NCBI GenBank assembly: GCA_964016885.1
Contig: CAXHJY010001494.1
Location: 7,611 to 71,610 of the forward strand
Direction: 5' to 3'
Source of the DNA: Eledone cirrhosa
Taxonomy: Eukaryota
DNA: 64,000 nt
Part shown: piece after piece, positions 51,844-64,000 of the stretch
How positions within the stretch are numbered: the stretch's first letter is position 1
Layout: each line of letters begins with the position of its first letter
Program-made: the position numbers and the translations under genes
The notes under the pieces: generated by a model
What the model was told of the DNA's origin: nothing
Database searches by the model: none
Seen by the model: the letters and a program-made list of their open reading frames with translations, nothing else

Positions 51844-52029
51844 GTGGTTTGGTAGTATCGGTAGAGCGTGAGACACCATGCCTTGCAGCATAGTTATGGC
51901 CCTTTACGTTCTGAGTTCACATCCTGCTGAGGTTAACTTTGCTTTTCATGCTTACGAGGTCGATAAAATAAAGTACCAGTAATACTCTGGGGTAATTGCT
52001 GGATTTGTGCCAAAAGTAGAAACAATTAT
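51844..52029 (+). mobile_element. SINE-A
   Basis: Diverged consensus match. Confidence 0.8.
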
Positions 52030-52072
52030 GCTCACACATAATATATATGTATATATTTATTTACCACACTAC

Positions 52073-52227
52073 CAGCGCCGGATTTACCATTGTGTTTAAG
52101 CACAGGGCCCCGTTGACCAGAGGGACCCATCTTCCTGCCCCAAAATATTCTCACCCCCTCCAGGGTCAAGTAAGGGGCCTCATGTCTTAACTATCATAGG
52201 GCCTCATTTGTCCTAAATGCAGCACTG
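52073..52227. mobile_element. hAT-type MITE
   Basis: TIRs CAGCGCCGGATTTA / reverse complement CAGTGCTGCATTTA; 8-bp TSD CACACTAC/CCCACTAC (7/8). Confidence 0.7.
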
Positions 52228-52287
52228 CCCACTACTACACTACATTCATTCCCACTTTACATCATAACCATTGTATGGAGATATATA

Positions 52288-52378
52288 CACGGTGTCCCTC
52301 CAAAATGTATACAGCATTCTAATAAATATTGCCTGTACAAGTAATCGAAGTGTGTATACATTTTTGGGGGACACCCTG
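52288..52378. mobile_element. Tc1/mariner-type MITE
   Basis: TA-CACGGTGTCCCTCCAAAATGTATAC...GTATACATTTTTGGGGGACACCCTG-TA. Confidence 0.75.
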
Positions 52379-52567
52379 TATATGCTAGTGTGTGGATATA
52401 TTGCAACATTGACGAATGGTTAAGGAGATCGTTTCGTAACCTGGGTTCGATTATACTGCGTGGAATTTGGGGCCACTGTCCTTTACCGTAGCCCTTGATA
52501 TGAGTCAACCCACTATGGGGTGAAATTTGGTAGACGGAAACTGTCTGGAAGCCCGTCTATCTAACAC

Positions 52568-52775
52568 CAGCTTTGTCACACACTGTGCCATGGTAAATCT
52601 CCCTGAGAATTACGTCAAGGTTACACGAGCCTGTCGAATACTCAGCCAGCTACATTATAATTCAAAGAACCAGACTTGTCACACACTGTGTCATGCTGAA
52701 TCTCCCTGAGAATTACATTAAGAGTACACGTGTCTGTGGAATGCTCAGCCACTTACACGAACTTAATTTCACGAG
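52568..52775 (+). repeat. Diverged ~102-bp tandem duplication, probably a SINE tail
   Basis: Two copies of TTGTCACACACTGTG.CATG..AATCTCCCTGAGAATTAC...CTCAGCCA. Confidence 0.65.
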
Positions 52776-52959
52776 CTGGAGCACACTGTTCTTCTATTTT
52801 TACTGCGGCCATGCTGGAGCAACATCATCAATAGATTTAGTTGATCATATCGATCACTAATAATCGAACTATATTGGTTTAAAGGATAAGTTACAGGGTA
52901 TATACAAACAGTAAACACACACACATTACATATAGACACACATGTACATACATACAGAC

Positions 52960-53172
52960 ACACACACATATAGCCACATACGCATATACATATAGATACA
53001 CACACACACACATATAGCCACATACGCATATACATATAGATACACACACACACATACATATAGCCGCATACGCATATACATATAGATACACACACACACA
53101 CATATAGCCACATATGCATATACATATAGACACACACACACACACACATAGCCACATACGCATATACATATA

Positions 53173-53231
<59 letters not shown>

Positions 53232-53480
53232 CCACATACGCATATACATATAGATACACACACATATAGCCACATACGCATATACATATAGATACACACA
53301 CACACATACATATAGCCGCATACGCATATACATATAGATACACACACACACACACATAGCCACATACGCATATACATATAGATACACACACACACACACA
53401 CACACATATAGCCACATACGCATATACATATAGATACACACACACATACATACAGCCACATACGCATATAGATACACACA
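52960..53480. repeat. Minisatellite (ATAGCCACATACGCATATACATATAGATACAC..)n
   Basis: About 12 units with a variable CA tract. Confidence 0.9.
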
Positions 53481-53627
53481 AACACACATACGCATATATA
53501 TATATATATATATATACACTTACAGACATACGCATATACTCACATATATATGTACAGACACACACACATATATATATACACACACACATATATATATATA
53601 TATGCACACACACACACATATATATAT

Positions 53628-53664
<37 letters not shown>

Positions 53665-54109
53665 AATGCACACACACACACACACACACACATATATGCA
53701 CACACATATATGCACACACACACACACATATATATATACACACACACATACATCAACGTTGTCATTCTACCTACAGAAAAAAACAGCTAAAAGCTTTCTT
53801 AAATTATAACCAAAACATCTTGTAAAAAAGGTTGTGGTGGGGATGGGGGGAGGACATTAGAGAATGTGTGAGAGAGGGGGAGAGAGGGAACGAGGGAGCG
53901 AGAGAGAGAGAGAGAAAGAGGGAACGAGGGAGCGAGAAGGACATTAGATAATATGGGTTTATATACGTAGAGAGAATGTGTATGTGTATGTGTGTGAGAG
54001 AGAGAGAGAAGATTAGATAATTTGGGTTTAGATAGAGAGAGTGTGTGTGTGAGTGAGTGTGAAAATGTATATGTGTGTGAGAGAGAGAGAGGGAGAAAAG
54101 AACGTTAAA

Positions 54110-54293
54110 TAATTGTTTCTACTTTAGGCACAAGGCCAGCAATTATCCAGTGCATTACTGGTACTTTATTTTATCGACCCCGTAAGGATGAAAGGCAAAG
54201 TCAACCTCGGCGGGATTTGAACTCAGATCGTAAAGGGACGTAACTATGCTGGAAAGCATGGCGTCCGACCCTCTACCGATACTGCCAATCCAC
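54110..54293 (-). mobile_element. SINE-A
   Basis: Near-consensus copy. Confidence 0.85.
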
Positions 54294-54533
54294 AAGAACG
54301 TTAAATATGAAGGTATAGATACGTAAAGGTGCGTGTGAGAGAGAAATAGATAGATAGAGAGCTAGATAGATGGATAAAGAGTGAGGGGGATCGAAAATGG
54401 TGATGGAACTTTATTTGACAAGCCGGAAAGATTGAAAGGCGCAGAGTTAGCCTAGGCGAGATTTGACCTGAGGAGGAGGAGGTCTGGAGATGGACAGCAT
54501 TAAGTACTGTTAAACGAAGCAGCAACAACTCTG

Positions 54534-54577
<44 letters not shown>

Positions 54578-54734
54578 CGTGTGTGCGTGCGTGTGTGTGT
54601 GCGTGTGCGTGTGTGCGTGTGTGTGTGCTAGTCCCGGGTTCAATCGGGGGTAAGTGAGGTACTTGATGATATTCTTCTAGTGAAACAGTTCTAGTCCTGT
54701 AGAAGCCATGTCTATATTATATATATATATATAT

Positions 54735-54772
<38 letters not shown>

Positions 54773-54875
54773 AGTAAGGGGTTAATCAAATAAGGATATG
54801 CGGACCACATAGTGCTCTGTCGGTTTAGAAGTAGATAAAAGGAATACGGCCTCGGATTTTTTTCTTGATATATAC

Positions 54876-54918
<43 letters not shown>

Positions 54919-54923
54919 TATAC

Positions 54924-54954
<31 letters not shown>

Positions 54955-54964
54955 TATATATATT

Positions 54965-55013
<49 letters not shown>

Positions 55014-55022
55014 GTATACATA

Positions 55023-55068
<46 letters not shown>

Positions 55069-55070
<2 letters not shown>

Positions 55071-55640
55071 TCTATCATCTAAGGCGGGTAAAATTCCCGA
55101 GATCCATGGACGAGTTCTCTCCAGCGGTCTCTGTCCCTCATTATCGCTGCCATATCCTGCATCTCCAACAGACCAGTGTCTGTCCTTAGGGCATCAACAT
55201 ATGTTAACCTTGGTCTTCCTCTTCTAGTGTGTCCATGTAGGGGCTCCCAAAGGAGCACTGAGTGCAATGTCAACTCTGGATGTCGGTGAGCATGTCCAGC
55301 CAACCTCAGTCTCCTCTGTGTCACTTTTGAGCTGACTTTTGGGATGCTCCCATACAGCTCTGAGTTTTTCATCCTCAGTGTATACTGATTAATGTTCAGA
55401 GCCATCCTCAGCATTCTCGTGTAGCACCCATCCACCATCTGAGTGAGTCTCTTGGTCAGTGTCCAAGTCTCAGACCCATACAGCAGCACAGACTCCACTA
55501 CAGCAATGAAGATGCGGATTTTCAGGTCTCTACGAAGGTCCGACTTCCACACCGATCTGAAGCTGTGACACGCCGCCCAGGCCTTGCTCTTCCTCTCAAC
55601 CACATCATCTTCCGTATTCCCAATCTTTGCTCCCAAATAT
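55069..55640 (-). mobile_element. 5'-truncated RTE-clade LINE (RT thumb and C-terminus, uninterrupted)
   Basis: YLG...[14 protein letters not shown]...RRLRLAGH...GRPRLTY...DRDRWR; inserted in (TA)n; GATA-like tail directly after the stop. Confidence 0.92.
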
Positions 55641-55650
55641 ACATATATAT

Positions 55651-55697
<47 letters not shown>

Positions 55698-55850
55698 CAT
55701 ATATGTATATATATATATGTATATATATACATACATATATGTATATATATACATACATATATGTATATATATATGTATATATATACATACATTTATATAT
55801 GTATATATATACATACATATTTATATATATGTACATATATTTATATATAT

Positions 55851-55921
<71 letters not shown>

Positions 55922-55956
55922 CATATATATATATACATATATATATATACATATAC

Positions 55957-56003
<47 letters not shown>

Positions 56004-56004
56004 C

Positions 56005-56085
<81 letters not shown>

Positions 56086-56092
56086 CATATAC

Positions 56093-56209
<117 letters not shown>

Positions 56210-56363
56210 CATATATATATGTATATATATATATGAATATATATATATATATACATATATATACATATATTAAGATAAGCAAAATTCAACCAATTTTTTA
56301 AAATAAATTAAAATATATAATTTAAATATTTACCTACTCAAGTCGCTCTTACCGATCGGTTTC

Positions 56364-56395
<32 letters not shown>

Positions 56396-56444
56396 ATATA
56401 TATATGTATACATATATGTATATATATATATATATATGTATACA

Positions 56445-56489
<45 letters not shown>

Positions 56490-56498
56490 ACCTATATG

Positions 56499-56531
<33 letters not shown>

Positions 56532-56538
56532 TTATATA

Positions 56539-56581
<43 letters not shown>

Positions 56582-56804
56582 GACAGTTGAAAATTGCAAA
56601 CTCGACTGTCACCACATATCATGAACCTGAAAAAGCATGAAAGTACTTGTTCAATTAACACTTAGAATTTAATATTCTATCATACTATTTCATTATAATA
56701 CCATTATATATATTTTTAAAGGATGTAAATAAAACGAGTAAATCAGACAAAGTTGGAATTCCTCTTATTAATATAATCTTCTATACACAATCATACACAC
56801 CCGT

Positions 56805-58570
<1,766 letters not shown>

Positions 58571-58861
58571 CAAAAACAAATAACGAAACGAAATTAAATT
58601 TCGTTTCGCTTCTAACTCACTTTTGTATGACTGACGCTTAAACAATTAAGTTAAAGTGTACATCTACATATGTATACGGAAGTATTAGTATGCATATAAA
58701 TACACACATGTATACATATGTACATGTACTCAGCTTTTCACTAGACACTTTACAGTGAGTGTCAGCTAGTCTGTATGTAACCACACAGGCGGACCGGGTT
58801 TTAGAGTCATACGAGTTTTCAAGGAAACACATTTCCTCTATTCCCCAGAGGGCCAGACAGG

Positions 58862-58906
58862 AATATTGGACTAGTTTCGATGTTATTACATCTCATCAGC
58901 AATATT
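58862..58906 (-). ncRNA. Type I hammerhead ribozyme (perfect consensus)
   Basis: Reverse complement of 59222-59266. Confidence 0.9.
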
Positions 58907-59221
58907 TACCCATCTTCCGGCTTCTCTGGAGAATTGTAAAAGTACATATCGTTATATGCTATTTCTATGAAAATTAGTAGTGGGTAGACTAATTTGCATA
59001 GAACGTGAGTCATTGTACGCACCGGTTCAGCGGAAACGATAAAAACAAATAACGAAACGAAATTAAATTTCGTTTCGCTTCTAACTCACTTTTGTATGAC
59101 TGACGCTTAAACAATTAAGTTAAAGTGTACATCTACATATGTATACGGAAGTATTAGTATGCATATAAATACACACATGTATACATATGTACATGTACTC
59201 AGAGAAGCCGGAAGATGGGTA

Positions 59222-59266
59222 AATATTGCTGATGAGATGTAATAACATCGAAACTAGTCCAATATT
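59222..59266 (+). ncRNA. Type I hammerhead ribozyme (perfect consensus)
   Basis: AATATTG-CTGATGA-GATGT-AATA-ACATC-GAAA-CTAG-TC-CAATATT: 7-bp stem I, G-C-closed stem II, palindromic ACTAGT stem III, GUC site (cleavage after 59259). Confidence 0.92.
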
Positions 59267-59479
59267 CCTGTCTGGCCCTCTGGGGAATAGAGGAAATTTG
59301 TTTCCTTGAGAACTCGTATGACTCCTAAAACCCGGTCCGCCTGTGTGGTTACATACAGACTAGCTGACACTCACTGTAAAGTGTCCTAGTGAAAAGCTGA
59401 GTACATGTACATATGTATACATGTGTGTATTTATATGCATACTAATACTTCCGTATACGTAGATGTACACTTTAACTTA

Positions 59480-62447
<2,968 letters not shown>

Positions 62448-64000
62448 ATATGAAGCAACTACAGACGGTAATATGTGTCACATATCGGCCGCCCGATGCC
62501 CCCAGTCATGAGGGTAAATTTGAGGATAGCCTAAGTAGGATAGAAGAGGTCCTTGACAAACTGGACCAGGGTCTCAACATCCTACTGCTGGGAGACTTCA
62601 ACCTACCAAAGGTCAAATGGCCTGAGGGCCACCTCCTCCCTGGAATGACGTCAATAGAACAGAGACAGACGGAATCCCTGCTGGCCCTCACACACAGGCT
62701 GTTCATGGAGCAAGCAATACTCCTCCCAACAAGAGGCGAAAATGTCCTGGACCTCTGTTTTACAAACAACGAAGTGCTCATCCACAATGTAAAGGTGACA
62801 CCAACAATTCTCTCGGATCATAACTTGGTAGAGCTAATGATATGTGGTCCAAGAGAACCAACAGAGACAAAACCACCAAGAAGCTCCGGGACGCTATCCA
62901 GCCTTAACTTCTACGGGGCTGACTGGAAGAAGATTAAGAGTGAAATCCGGAAGCAAACATGGAGTGCAAACATCGCCACACAAGACACTAACACACAATT
63001 TCAACACTTCATGACAACGATACACACCATATGCAAAAAGTGTGTCCCGGAGAAAGAGGCAAACAGACACAAAAATCTTATTCCCAGAGATAGGAAAATC
63101 CTTATGAGACGTAGAACTAAACTCTCAAACCAGTTGAATAGTCAACAAAACCAAAACAAGAAGGAATCCTATTTGAAACGTGCACTACTTGACACCGAGA
63201 TTGCACTCAAGCTTTCACATGAGAATGAGAGGGCAAGGAAAGAGAACAGGGCCATAGAAAACATTAAAACAAACCCTAAGGCCTTCTTTAAATTTGCAAA
63301 AGAAACTGCCTCAGTACACTGCAAGATTGGACCACTCTTCCACACGGGACGGTTCATTAACCGAAAATCCCCAAGAGATATGTGAAATACTGAACGAACA
63401 GTACAAAAGTGTCTTCACATGTCCACTGAGGCACATGCAAATAACGAAGCCAGAGGAGTTCTTTGATGCCACAACACTACATCAAGAAATGGCAACCATC
63501 AACCACATAGACATAACGGAGGAGGATGTGGTGTACGCCATTGATGAAATTAGAACAGACTCGGCTGCTGGACCTGATGGATTCCCAGCAGTTCTCCTAA
63601 AAATATGTAAGCGGGCCTTAGCAACTCCACTGAAGATGCTCTTCAGAAGCTCCTTGGCTAGCGGTGTACTACCCAGGGAGCTGAAAGAAGGCACAATATG
63701 CCCTATCCATAAAGGAGGTAGTAGAGCGGAGGCCAAGAACTATAGGCCAGTCTCCCTGACGTCGCATATCAGTAAGGTCATGGAGCGAGTCGTCAGAAAG
63801 AAACTAATCACTTTCCTCGAAGAAAATGACCGCCTGACTAGCACGCAACATGGCTTCCGCCAGGAAGAAGCTGCCTTACACAGCTGCTACATCACTACGA
63901 CTGGGTACTGAGACAGCTACTAGACAGCTCACATGGAGACGTGATATATCTTGACTTTGCGAAGGCCTTTGACAAGGTCGACCACGGAATGATATGTCAC
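62448..64000 (+). pseudogene. CR1-group LINE ORF2 (APE + RT), 5'-truncated, two frameshifts, continues past the window
   Basis: YRPP, LLGDFN, LDL, SDH (APE); AGPDG, NYRPVSLTS, QHGFR/GRSCLTQL, YLDFAKAFDKVDH (RT); frameshifts near 63340 and 63860. Confidence 0.92.

Larger units (their letters stand above)
58572..59484. mobile_element. Non-coding hammerhead-bearing element: 469-bp unit in partial tandem plus inverted copy (retrozyme/Penelope-derived)
   Basis: 58572-58733 is repeated exactly at 59041-59202; 58642-58928 is inverted at 59200-59484; perfect hammerheads in both arms. Confidence 0.85.

Noticed and set aside
58992-58999. Octamer ATTTGCAT as an snRNA promoter element
   Set aside because: Better explained as one arm of a hairpin in the hammerhead unit; no snRNA nearby.

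Overview
AT-rich, repeat-dominated eukaryotic (metazoan) DNA. The SINE and microsatellite landscape suggests a cephalopod such as octopus (inference). No host protein-coding gene is recognisable; the many [12 protein letters not shown] ORFs are microsatellite artefacts. The centre holds two head-to-tail copies of a young Tx1-clade (L1 group) LINE: a 5'-truncated copy (21652-26114) and a full-length copy (26226-31953), both with intact APE-RT-CCHC ORF2s. Five older 3' remnants from three subfamilies lie elsewhere. Nearly all copies sit in or beside (TATC)n tracts, always in the same orientation, which points to a GATA-microsatellite-specific retrotransposon. Its 3' UTR shows covarying stem-loops across subfamilies. 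The second highlight is a set of minimal type I hammerhead ribozymes. The best is a perfect one in a non-coding, hairpin-rich 469-bp unit (58572-59484), arranged as a partial tandem plus an inverted copy (retrozyme/Penelope-like). The rest comprises RTE, CR1 and CRE LINE remnants, tRNA-derived SINEs, hAT and Tc1/mariner MITEs, minisatellites and kilobase (TA)n arrays. Coordinates of degenerate repeats are approximate.
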